In this document: piece by piece, positions 1-8,487 of the stretch
Numbering within the stretch: the stretch's first letter is position 1
Layout of the letters: the number at the start of each line of letters is the position of its first letter
Source of the DNA: Flavobacteriaceae bacterium
GTDB taxonomy: Bacteria > Bacteroidota > Bacteroidia > Flavobacteriales > Flavobacteriaceae
Direction: 5' to 3'
Assembly: GCA_015490835.1 (NCBI GenBank)
Contig: WFXA01000222.1
Span: 1 to 60,670, forward strand
DNA: 60,670 bases
The notes under the pieces: model-generated
The model's database searches: none
Told to the model about the DNA's origin: nothing
What the model saw: only the letters and a program-made list of their open reading frames with translations
Position numbers and translations under genes: made by a program

Positions 1-233
1 ATGCAAAAGCAACCGGCTTAGAAAACGCACAGGACATAAAAAACTATTTAGATAAGGTGTGGTATCAAGGACACAGCGATTCTTATTGGCACGGGTTACA
101 CAAAAACAAGCGAGTAAACAATTATTTTGGGTATTGGTCTTGGGAAAGTGCCGCCCTTTCCAAAATAAAAAACATAGACGATAGCAGTCTTAAAAACCAA
201 AAATACTATCCCTATGATGCCGTGCATTGGTGA
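1..233 (+). CDS. 3' end of a PoNi-like (DUF1911) polymorphic-nuclease immunity protein, 5'-truncated by the window edge
   Basis: Not in the ORF track. Frame +3 is open from base 3 to TGA at 231-233 and reads ...YLDKVWYQGHSDSYWHGLHKNKRVNNYFGYWSWESAALSKIKNIDDSSLKNQKYYPYDAVHW*. The WY...W...H...YxGYWxxExAA...IDD...YYPYD pattern is the DUF1911/PoNi C-terminal signature as I recall it. Confidence 0.8.
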   Translation, partial: AKATGLENAQDIKNYLDKVWYQGHSDSYWHGLHKNKRVNNYFGYWSWESAALSKIKNIDDSSLKNQKYYPYDAVHW

Positions 234-274
234 AATAACAAAGGATTATTAAAAAAACAAAAACTTTACAAGTC

Positions 275-1096
275 TTAATCCAACGATTTTATTTGCTTTG
301 TTTTAAACGGTGCTTTTAACTGAAACAAAAAATCCTCGTCATCTGTATGGTCTGCACTATCTAAACCGTATTGAATATCCTCAGGGTTTTCATACACAAA
401 CGTTCCGAAAATACGATCCCAAACAGATAATACGTTTCCGTAGTTGCTATCGGTCCAAGGAAGTTGGTAGTGATGATGAAACTTATGCATATTTGGCGAA
501 ACAATTGCATAGCTTAACATTTTATCAAACCACAACGGTAATTTTATGTCGGCATGATTAAAATAAGTAAAAGGCACGGTTAACATTCGGTAAAACAGAT
601 AAAACGAAATAGGCATACCCATAAGTATTACCGTAAGCAACGCAAAGGTTTCGCGTATCATAAAATCCAAAGGGTGGTGGCGCGTACCGGTTGTTACATC
701 TACGTGCTTATCGGTGTGGTGTGTGATGTGCAATCGCCACATCCATTTAACTTTATGCAATAAAAAATGCACAAAATATTGCGAAATAAAATCCAATACC
801 AAGATTGAAAGAATCAGTTTTGCCCAAGTAGGAATATCTATCAAATAAAGCAAACCGAATTGATGTTGTGCTGTAAATTGGTAAACCGAAATTAATAGCA
901 ACCCAAAAACACTGTTAACAATTAGAACCAAAACCAATAATAAAAAGTTGGTTGTGGCGTGTTTCCACTTTTTATAAGGTTTTTTATAAAACGAAAACAG
1001 GTTTTCAAGAATCCAAAAAAAAGTGATTAATCCACCTATCCATAATGCTTTGTAAAGAATGGGAAGGGTTTCAAAAAAGGATAAGAATTCTTGCAT
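275..1096 (-). CDS. Sterol desaturase / fatty acid hydroxylase family membrane protein
   Basis: Hydrophobic helices plus His boxes HFLLH, HITHH, HHPLD, FNHAD, HKFHH and SNYG motif. Confidence 0.9.
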   Translation of the reverse strand: MQEFLSFFETLPILYKALWIGGLITFFWILENLFSFYKKPYKKWKHATTNFLLLVLVLIVNSVFGLLLISVYQFTAQHQFGLLYLIDIPTWAKLILSILVLDFISQYFVHFLLHKVKWMWRLHITHHTDKHVDVTTGTRHHPLDFMIRETFALLTVILMGMPISFYLFYRMLTVPFTYFNHADIKLPLWFDKMLSYAIVSPNMHKFHHHYQLPWTDSNYGNVLSVWDRIFGTFVYENPEDIQYGLDSADHTDDEDFLFQLKAPFKTKQIKSLD

Positions 1097-1102
1097 TATA
1101 AA

Positions 1103-2728
1103 TTATTTTAATATTTTCTCATATTTTTTCGGGTCGTTTAATACCGCTACTGCCTTTACTATTTCGGGGCTGTGTGACAAGTGGTAGTTGTACATACCCT
1201 CTCTGTAAAAATAACGTTTTAATATTTCGTCGGTTAACAGGGTAACAATTTCCGGCTTTTTGTCGCGTATCATTTTATATTTGGCGTTATCTATGGTTTG
1301 CATTAACGCATTGTATGACGCCTTAATGTCTTTATCCAATTGGTCTGCTTCGGCTTTACTAAAAGCTTCTTCCAGTTTTTTCTCGGTTTCGGTGTTATAG
1401 CTGAAGTTTTTTTCTTTTAAAAACTTTTGAAAATCTTGAAAATCATCTTCAGAAAAAGTAAATGTTTGATAATCTGAAAGTTGATGTGTATAAAAATAGT
1501 TTGTCGCATAATCAAAAATTGCATAATCCTTTAACAATGCGGTGGTAATTGGGCTAAATTTAGCCGTTTCCAGTTCAATATCCGGCATAATTCCGCCTCC
1601 GTCATATACAGTTCGCCCACCTTTGGTTTTAAACTTATTAAAGTTTTTTGGGGTTACACGCACCGGATTTCCGTTTTCGTCTCTATGCCAATAATCTAAT
1701 GCTTGAATACATCTTCCGCTGGGTGTGTAATATCGAGAAATCGTAATTTTCATTTGGGTTCCGTAAGCTACTTTTTTAGGACGCTGTACCAGTCCTTTTC
1801 CAAAACTACGCGCACCAATAATTACAGCTCTGTCCAAGTCTTGTAATGCTCCTGAAACAATTTCGCTCGCAGAAGCACTTCTTCCGTTAACTAATACCGC
1901 CAAAGGAATTTCGGTGTCAACAGGCTCTTTATTGGTTTTATATACTTTGTTGTATTTTTTAATAGCCGACTTTGTAGTTACAATCACTTCACCTTTAGGC
2001 ACAAAAAGATTTACCACATTAATTGCTTCGTTTAATAACCCTCCCGGATTACCTCGAAGGTCTAAAATAATTTTTGTTGCGCCATCGGCTTTTAAGTTTT
2101 CTAAAGCATTTTTAGTTTCAACCGTTGTTTTTTTATTAAATTTTGAAAGAACAATGTATCCTATGTCGTTATTAATTAATTTGTAAAAAGGAACAGCATG
2201 AACGTCAATAGCGCCACGAGTAATGGTTGTGGTTTGTTCTTTTCCTTGTCGTAAAAAAGTAACTTCTATATCGCTTCCGGCAGCACCTTTTAACAGTTCG
2301 CCGGCATCGTTTTCAAAATCTGAAATAGCCACATCGTCTATTTTAATAATTTGGTCACCGGCTTTTAGTCCGGCTTTATCTGCCGGAAAATCTTTAAAGG
2401 GTTCAATTATAATGAGTTTGTCTTTTTTGCTGCGGACGGTTGCACCAATTCCCGTATAAACCCCCGATCTGGAAATACGCGCATCTTCTACTTGTTGTTC
2501 GTTCCAAAAAACCGTGTAAGGGTCTAAGCCTGCCAACATGTTTTTTATTGCTTTATCCATTAATTCGGCAGGATTGGTTTCGTCTACATAATTCATGTTC
2601 AGCTCTTTAAAAACCGTGGTAAAGATTTCGATTTGTTTGGCAATTTCAAAAAAATCACCTTTAAAAGAAGCGGTTGTTACTAAAACCAGTAAGGCAAAAA
2701 CCGGAATTAAAATTCGTTTTTTAATCAT
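1103..2728 (-). CDS. S41 family C-terminal processing protease (PDZ + peptidase S41)
   Basis: LDPYT, GIGA (PDZ), DLRGNPGG, SASASEIV and SFGKG motifs. Start moved from 2878 to the ATG at 2728 (MIKKRIL..., signal peptide; ATGA overlap with the upstream stop). Confidence 0.93.
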   Translation of the reverse strand: MIKKRILIPVFALLVLVTTASFKGDFFEIAKQIEIFTTVFKELNMNYVDETNPAELMDKAIKNMLAGLDPYTVFWNEQQVEDARISRSGVYTGIGATVRSKKDKLIIIEPFKDFPADKAGLKAGDQIIKIDDVAISDFENDAGELLKGAAGSDIEVTFLRQGKEQTTTITRGAIDVHAVPFYKLINNDIGYIVLSKFNKKTTVETKNALENLKADGATKIILDLRGNPGGLLNEAINVVNLFVPKGEVIVTTKSAIKKYNKVYKTNKEPVDTEIPLAVLVNGRSASASEIVSGALQDLDRAVIIGARSFGKGLVQRPKKVAYGTQMKITISRYYTPSGRCIQALDYWHRDENGNPVRVTPKNFNKFKTKGGRTVYDGGGIMPDIELETAKFSPITTALLKDYAIFDYATNYFYTHQLSDYQTFTFSEDDFQDFQKFLKEKNFSYNTETEKKLEEAFSKAEADQLDKDIKASYNALMQTIDNAKYKMIRDKKPEIVTLLTDEILKRYFYREGMYNYHLSHSPEIVKAVAVLNDPKKYEKILK

Positions 2729-3567
2729 GTTAACTTTTCTTTTTTTTTCAGAATTCTGCGAACGATAAAGATAATAATTCCTATCAAAAGGAAAAATGGC
2801 CATAGGTATAGAAGTCCTAAGAAGAAAACCGAAACACCGTTCCAACCTCCTTTTATCGAATTTTTCATTTTTTGCCAATAGGAAGTGGAAGCACTTTTTA
2901 CATCTGTAATTTTATAAAATTCGATGTTAACGGTACTAAATGAAACCCTGTTTTGTAAATAGTTTAATCGTCCTTGTTTGGCTTCAATTTCTTCTCTAAT
3001 TATTGCCAATTCTTTTTCAATTTCAAGAATTTCCGAAACATTTTTCGCTTTTTTTAACAACTCAAGGTATCGGTTTTCCAACGTTCGTTTTGCTTTTAGT
3101 CGTGCCGAAAGATCAACAAACTCTTCGGTTACATCTTGTCGCGAAATGGTTTTTTCGTCAAAATAGGTTACGTTTTTAGACAGCCCGTCTAAAAAAGGTT
3201 GAAAGTTTTTTGTAGGAATTCGAATTACCAGATTTTGTGTAAGCGAGTTATACTCTTTTCCCGAGTAATCGTTTTGAACAAGACCGTTAAGTTTTTGTGT
3301 AAGCGAAAGGACGGCTTGTCTGGTTTTGGACATATCGTTAGTCTCAAACCGAATCGTTGCGTTTTTTATAATTTTTTGCTCGGCTTCAGCAAGATTGTTT
3401 TCGTTTGTTGCATCGTCGTATTCAACAACCTCGTTTTCTGTGCCTTCATAAGAGGGCAACATTATCTCGGAATTAGCTGTTTTATCTTTAAACCCGAACG
3501 GATTTTTGTTTTCACTATTACAAGAAAAAAAGAGTACTAAAAATAATAAAAGACTAGTCTGTTTCAT
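2725..3567 (-). CDS. DUF4349-type lipoprotein
   Basis: Lipobox FFSC, KIIKNA...IRIP...DVTEEFVDLSARL coiled coil and a C-terminal TM helix. Confidence 0.85.
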   Translation of the reverse strand: MKQTSLLLFLVLFFSCNSENKNPFGFKDKTANSEIMLPSYEGTENEVVEYDDATNENNLAEAEQKIIKNATIRFETNDMSKTRQAVLSLTQKLNGLVQNDYSGKEYNSLTQNLVIRIPTKNFQPFLDGLSKNVTYFDEKTISRQDVTEEFVDLSARLKAKRTLENRYLELLKKAKNVSEILEIEKELAIIREEIEAKQGRLNYLQNRVSFSTVNIEFYKITDVKSASTSYWQKMKNSIKGGWNGVSVFFLGLLYLWPFFLLIGIIIFIVRRILKKKEKLT

Positions 3568-3919
3568 TTGTTAGTTGATTTAATAAATTTACCATTGATT
3601 TTTCTATTTCCTGATACGATAATTTTTTACTACCAAGATAGATAAATAACAGCGCAAATTTTACGCCAGAACGGTTGTTTAACAAATGTTTATGAAGTCG
3701 AAAGGCTTCTTTTAGTTGTCTTTTTATTCGGTTTCGGTCAACAGCGCGTTTAAAATTTCTTTTCGGAACCACAAAAGCCGCTTTACAGGTTTCATATTTT
3801 TCAATAGGAATATAATTTACTCTGACGGGAAATTTTTTTAGGGTTTTCCCTTCAGAAAATAACCGCTCGATAGTTTTTCTACTTTTTAGTTTTTCTTTTT
3901 TTGGGAACCGGAAATTCAT
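3554..3919 (-). CDS. rnpA: Ribonuclease P protein component
   Basis: FPKKEKLK N-terminus and the RNR motif KRAVDRNRIKRQLKEAFR. Confidence 0.96.
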   Translation of the reverse strand: MNFRFPKKEKLKSRKTIERLFSEGKTLKKFPVRVNYIPIEKYETCKAAFVVPKRNFKRAVDRNRIKRQLKEAFRLHKHLLNNRSGVKFALLFIYLGSKKLSYQEIEKSMVNLLNQLTNETD

Positions 3920-3934
3920 TGCGTAAAGATAGGA

Positions 3935-4480
3935 TTATACTTTTTGTAACGCAACAAAGGGTTTTTGAGGAAGCTCAATTGAAATAGTATCGCTTTGCAT
4001 GACAATTCCGCCTTGTAAAACCACAGCAAAAATGCCGGCTTTAAGAATTTGGTCACCATTATTATCTAGATCTAATACCGCTTGTTTTAACCCCTTTTGA
4101 AGCCTGTTAAGTTGTGAGCAAGGTTGACGTAAACCGGTAACTTGAAGCACACAATGATCACCAACCTTTAAGATGGTGTCTTTTGGCAGATTTAGTAAAT
4201 CAATATTTTTAGTTGTTATGTTTTCACCCATTTCACCCGGACTAACCATAAATCCTTTTTGGTTAAGTTCTTGGTATAGTTCATAATGAATTAAATGTAC
4301 TTGCCTAAAATTTGGTTTGTTAGGGGTTTTTGCTACATCGTAACGGTGTTTTACAGTTTTTCCTGCGTGAGCATCACCGGCTATTCCTAACCCCTGTAAA
4401 ACCTCAACTGAGGAACACGGCTTTTTTATTAGTGTGTGGGAAGGACTTTTATTAACTGATAAAACAAAGGCGGTGTTCAC
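3935..4480 (-). CDS. MOSC domain protein (YiiM-like)
   Basis: GDAHAG, RQVHLI, GEMGENITT, RQPCSQL and AGIFAVVLQGG motifs; GTG start. Confidence 0.9.
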   Translation of the reverse strand: MNTAFVLSVNKSPSHTLIKKPCSSVEVLQGLGIAGDAHAGKTVKHRYDVAKTPNKPNFRQVHLIHYELYQELNQKGFMVSPGEMGENITTKNIDLLNLPKDTILKVGDHCVLQVTGLRQPCSQLNRLQKGLKQAVLDLDNNGDQILKAGIFAVVLQGGIVMQSDTISIELPQKPFVALQKV

Positions 4481-4500
4481 GATTAGCTGTTTTGGATTAG

Positions 4501-4528
4501 TTATTTACAAACGTTAGTTTGTAAATAA
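4501..4528. promoter_or_regulatory. Perfect 12-bp inverted repeat (TTATTTACAAAC-gtta-GTTTGTAAATAA) upstream of the MOSC gene; candidate operator
   Basis: Seen directly, 20 bp upstream of the MOSC start. Too AT-rich for a typical terminator stem. Function is inferred. Confidence 0.55.
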
Positions 4529-4779
4529 TAGTATGCTGAAACGGAATGAATAACAAAATTAAAAAGGATGTAAAAACTACTTTTTTCTACTTCAAAAAAC
4601 ATTATCTTCGGAATGTTTTTTTTGATATCGATTTTGTTTTGCTAATCTGAACAAAACCGTAACTTCTTGTTAACAAAAAACCAATAACATTGTAATTTTT
4701 TCATTGCTTAAAATCGTTTCCTTAATTTTAATACAAATGTTGGTATTTAATTTTGTTTATCTATTTTGTAGCGCACCAA

Positions 4780-6420
4780 TTATTCCTTAATTATTTTTAT
4801 AGTAGCGGTGTTGCCTTCTTTCGTTTCTACGTGGGCAAAATAAACGCCTTTAGGTAATAAAAGAACAGAAACTTGATTTGTTTTTGATTCTTTAATCTTT
4901 TGTCCAAGCCGGTTATAGATATAAATATTTTGTATGGTTTGGTTTGTCCAGTTTAAGGTAATAACCGACGAAGCGGGATTTGGAAAGGCAGAGATTTTAT
5001 CGTTATAACGAATAGCTCCGGCTGAAAGGTTTTCATCATACTCAAAAGCTCCTATGTCAATATTTTGAAAAATTTCTCGGTTTGAAAACTCTTGGTGTTT
5101 TACATACTCAAGTAGTACATCATAGTCCGGTAATAGGATAGAGGGTATTGCATCTCCGTTGTTAACCAAAAGCGATTCTTCTTGAGGTATAAACTCTTGG
5201 TTATCAAAATCTTCAAACAAAGGATCTGTTCCGGTTATGTTGTTTCCCATATCGTTAACAGTACCCGAAGGCGTACAAAAACAATCTTGCCATCCTGTTT
5301 TTAACCAGTTGTGATGCAGATTAAAAATACCGGTGTCGTCAATCATCGAAAATTGACTTCCGGAGGCGGTTGTATAAATTACATTGTTAAAGACCATTGC
5401 CGTTTCGTCATTGGTAGAAAGTCTCATTAAAGTTGTGTTTCCGTTACGGGTAGAGACTACGGTATTGTTATAAAAATACAGGGTTCCTTTTCTGTAACTG
5501 CTTGTTACTCCACTGTCTCCTCCATAATGAGCAATCTGAGAATTTCTGGCACCATCCGGTTCAATTAAAATATTTCCGTAAACGTGAGTTGTAGAATAAG
5601 AAGGATGATTTGCAACTTGCGGAACATCATACGAATCTACAAGGTCTAATTGTCTGTTTCCACCTTCAATCCAGTTGTACCTAACAACCAATCCGGCAGA
5701 GCGGTCTTTAAGATTATTTCCTCCGGCATCGGTTCTTAATGGTCCAAAGCGGTTAAATTGATAAGTAATATTAATAGCCGCCGAATATACATTGTGTTCA
5801 TAATAGCTTCCTTCTATTCCGTTATCGTAAATATAATTATTCTCTATTAAAATCGTTTCTGTTTGACCGTCAAATGCTCCTATGAAAATACCGTTTCCCG
5901 AATCGTGTAAGGTGCAATTTCTAATAATAAGGTTGGTTGCTTTTTCTACATAAATGGCGGCTGCATTTGAAGCGTAAGTTTCGGTTTCTCCAATATCGTT
6001 AGTGAATTGAAAAGGAGGACGACCGGATCTAATTTCGAGGTTTTCTATGGTGATATAAGCCGGTAATCCGTCTTCCGGCACGTTAGAACCTCCAATTTTT
6101 ATTACGCCGCGAGATTCATTCCAATAGTTTACACCGCTTACTGTTACGGCACCATTACCGTCTATTACCGGTTGTTGTCCTTGTGCATTACTTACTCCTA
6201 TAATTTCTATACGGTTGTTAGCATCACCTTGCCTGTTTATCACCCATTTTTCTTTGTACGGTGTTTCTTTCCAGTGTATAAAAACACGGTCTCCCGCTTG
6301 TAATGTAGCCCAAGGAACTTCAGAAATGGTAGTCAGCGTTTGGTTTGGTCCAACGTGATAATCTACAGCCTTTACAATAGTTGAAAAGAAGAGTAAAATA
6401 AAGATAAAAAGAGGTTTCAT
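4780..6420 (-). CDS. T9SS-secreted right-handed beta-helix protein (pectate-lyase-like fold, putative polysaccharide-active enzyme)
   Basis: Signal peptide; repeated IxxNxIxxN/IRNCTLHD strands; DIGAFEY; type A CTD (FPNPAS...IYNRLGQ...GVYF...IIKE). Confidence 0.8.
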   Translation of the reverse strand: MKPLFIFILLFFSTIVKAVDYHVGPNQTLTTISEVPWATLQAGDRVFIHWKETPYKEKWVINRQGDANNRIEIIGVSNAQGQQPVIDGNGAVTVSGVNYWNESRGVIKIGGSNVPEDGLPAYITIENLEIRSGRPPFQFTNDIGETETYASNAAAIYVEKATNLIIRNCTLHDSGNGIFIGAFDGQTETILIENNYIYDNGIEGSYYEHNVYSAAINITYQFNRFGPLRTDAGGNNLKDRSAGLVVRYNWIEGGNRQLDLVDSYDVPQVANHPSYSTTHVYGNILIEPDGARNSQIAHYGGDSGVTSSYRKGTLYFYNNTVVSTRNGNTTLMRLSTNDETAMVFNNVIYTTASGSQFSMIDDTGIFNLHHNWLKTGWQDCFCTPSGTVNDMGNNITGTDPLFEDFDNQEFIPQEESLLVNNGDAIPSILLPDYDVLLEYVKHQEFSNREIFQNIDIGAFEYDENLSAGAIRYNDKISAFPNPASSVITLNWTNQTIQNIYIYNRLGQKIKESKTNQVSVLLLPKGVYFAHVETKEGNTATIKIIKE

Positions 6421-6463
6421 TGTATTTTGGTTTTAGTGAATTCTGTTTGCTTCAAGTAATTTT

Positions 6464-8413
6464 TTATTTTTTAGTTATTTTTTTAACTGCTATTTTTCCG
6501 CTTTTAGAAATAATTTTCACAAAATATACGCCAGTCGGAAGCATTGAAATATCTATCTTATTGTTTAAACTTTCTTGTAAAACTTGTCCGATTTGATTGT
6601 AGATAACAGCTTTATCTAAAATTTGGTTATTTAAACTAATGGTGAAAAAATCTGAAGTTGGATTGGGGTGAATCGTTACGTTAAAATAACTGGCAAGGTC
6701 ATTTATCGATAGTGTTGTTTCATCTCTGGGTCCGAAATGAGGTAAATCATTACCATATTCATAAGCTCCCATATCCGGTGCATCTCCCAAGTAGTTGTCG
6801 TTAATATTAGGCAGTGTAATTCCGGCATCAACAGCATCACAATCTGGGTTTAATGTCATAAATTGAAAAGGTATTGATGCGGGTGGCGGGTTAGGTACAT
6901 TAAACGTTTCAAAACAGGTATTACGGTCTATCCTTATTGCGTTCATTTCGTGCCCTGTGAGTGTTTGAAATTCTTCTATGTTTTCGAGTCTTATATTATA
7001 TCCCCATTTAAACGCATAGATAAAATTTCCCCAATCAAAGCCGTCATAATCAAAATCTGATTTCCAATTCATTGTGCCGTCAACACCATTTTCCCATATA
7101 TAACGATCTTGAACAGAAATCCAGAGATTGTTTTTTATTTCCATACTTCTTAAAAAATGAGAGCCGTAGCTTACCGGTCCGCTCCAAGCAACCAATGTGT
7201 TGTGTGCCAGTAATACTCTGTCTGTTCTATCTCTTAACTTTAAAGCATCTTCGCCGGGAGCGGCAACTTGATTATAAAGTATGTACCAAGGTGCGCCGTT
7301 CATAGGTTGAAAGCTAATACCGTTATTAAAGGTGTTTGAAATTCGGTTTTTCCATATACGTATATTATTATGCCCGTAATCACCCTCAATACCATCGTCT
7401 GTGGTGTCAAATATTTCATTGCCATAAATATCAACGTTTTTATGCGGATAAGAAATAGCGTCGCCTACTCTTGAGATGCTATTGTAAGCTATAGTGTGTC
7501 CAGATGTGTGCCATAGTTCTATCCCTTCACCAGAGAAGTTAGAGCCATTATTCGGGTCATTTGTTCCTACAATAGTATTATCTGCAATATACCAGTTTTC
7601 GCCACCGTCATTCAAATAGATACAAATTTCGCAATTTTCAAAATAGTTGTATGTAAATACGATGCCAACGGGTCCCGGAGGAGATGTTCTAACTCCGTAG
7701 GTGTTATTTGTTGTATTGTATATAAAGTTTAAGCCGTCAAACCAAATATAATCGGCTTCAATTCTAATTTGATTAAGAATCACATCTCCATCTCCAGCCG
7801 ATTTCCAGACGATATGATTGTTTTCTTCTCCCGATTTTGTAAAATAAACTTGCCCGTTTGTGCCGTAATCTCCTTCGTGTAATAAGAAAACATCACCTGC
7901 TTGTGCTATGTTTTGTGCGCTACTAATTCCTTGAAAAGGATTGTTTGCAGAGCCATCTCCTCCACCATTTCCGGGAATTACATGATAGGTGTTTCCGTTT
8001 TGAGGAAGTTGCGGGATGGGTTTTGTCGAGATTATTTCGGTACGAGTTTCAGCGCCACCATCCGGGTCTGAAAAAGTAAGTGTTACCTCATATTGGGTGT
8101 TTTCATCAAGAAATAAAATACTTCCTGCGAGCATATCATATCCTTCAAAGTCTACTCTGTAAAGCGGTAATGCGTCTAACCAAGTGGAGCTACCGTTTAT
8201 TCGGTATTGTACCAAACATTGTGCGTTATGATTTGTGTCTCCGGTGATATTCCACTCAAAACCGATAGATTTTATAGTAGAATAAGCTTCAAAAGTTCCG
8301 GTTGTGGTTTGCCCGAAAGAAAACAATGGTAAAAGTAAAATCATTATTAAGAAATCACTTTTTCTTATACCAAAAAAGTTGAGTAATCGGTATATTACAC
8401 CCAATGTCTTCAT
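6464..8413 (-). CDS. T9SS-secreted beta-helix protein with an N-terminal FN3-like domain
   Basis: SIGFEW...VQYR...TQYEVTLT (FN3-like), GDVFLLHEGDY, IAYNSI/IYGNEI/DDGIEGD/IWKNRI strands, PDMGAYE, CTD (HPNPTS...YNQIGQ...GVYFVKI). Start codon uncertain. Confidence 0.78.
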   Translation of the reverse strand: MKTLGVIYRLLNFFGIRKSDFLIMILLLPLFSFGQTTTGTFEAYSTIKSIGFEWNITGDTNHNAQCLVQYRINGSSTWLDALPLYRVDFEGYDMLAGSILFLDENTQYEVTLTFSDPDGGAETRTEIISTKPIPQLPQNGNTYHVIPGNGGGDGSANNPFQGISSAQNIAQAGDVFLLHEGDYGTNGQVYFTKSGEENNHIVWKSAGDGDVILNQIRIEADYIWFDGLNFIYNTTNNTYGVRTSPPGPVGIVFTYNYFENCEICIYLNDGGENWYIADNTIVGTNDPNNGSNFSGEGIELWHTSGHTIAYNSISRVGDAISYPHKNVDIYGNEIFDTTDDGIEGDYGHNNIRIWKNRISNTFNNGISFQPMNGAPWYILYNQVAAPGEDALKLRDRTDRVLLAHNTLVAWSGPVSYGSHFLRSMEIKNNLWISVQDRYIWENGVDGTMNWKSDFDYDGFDWGNFIYAFKWGYNIRLENIEEFQTLTGHEMNAIRIDRNTCFETFNVPNPPPASIPFQFMTLNPDCDAVDAGITLPNINDNYLGDAPDMGAYEYGNDLPHFGPRDETTLSINDLASYFNVTIHPNPTSDFFTISLNNQILDKAVIYNQIGQVLQESLNNKIDISMLPTGVYFVKIISKSGKIAVKKITKK

Positions 8414-8487
8414 AGATAGACTTTTTTATTAATATCATTTCACTTTTAGATTTTCGTTTAAAAAAAGATTAGGATATTAAGGTTATA

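Noticed and set aside
2729-2878. Long N-terminal extensions in the ORF track for S41, 8488..10269, nuoI, nuoB, sucB, rimM and ruvC
   Set aside because: Downstream ATGs give proper signal peptides or family N-termini and remove implausible overlaps.
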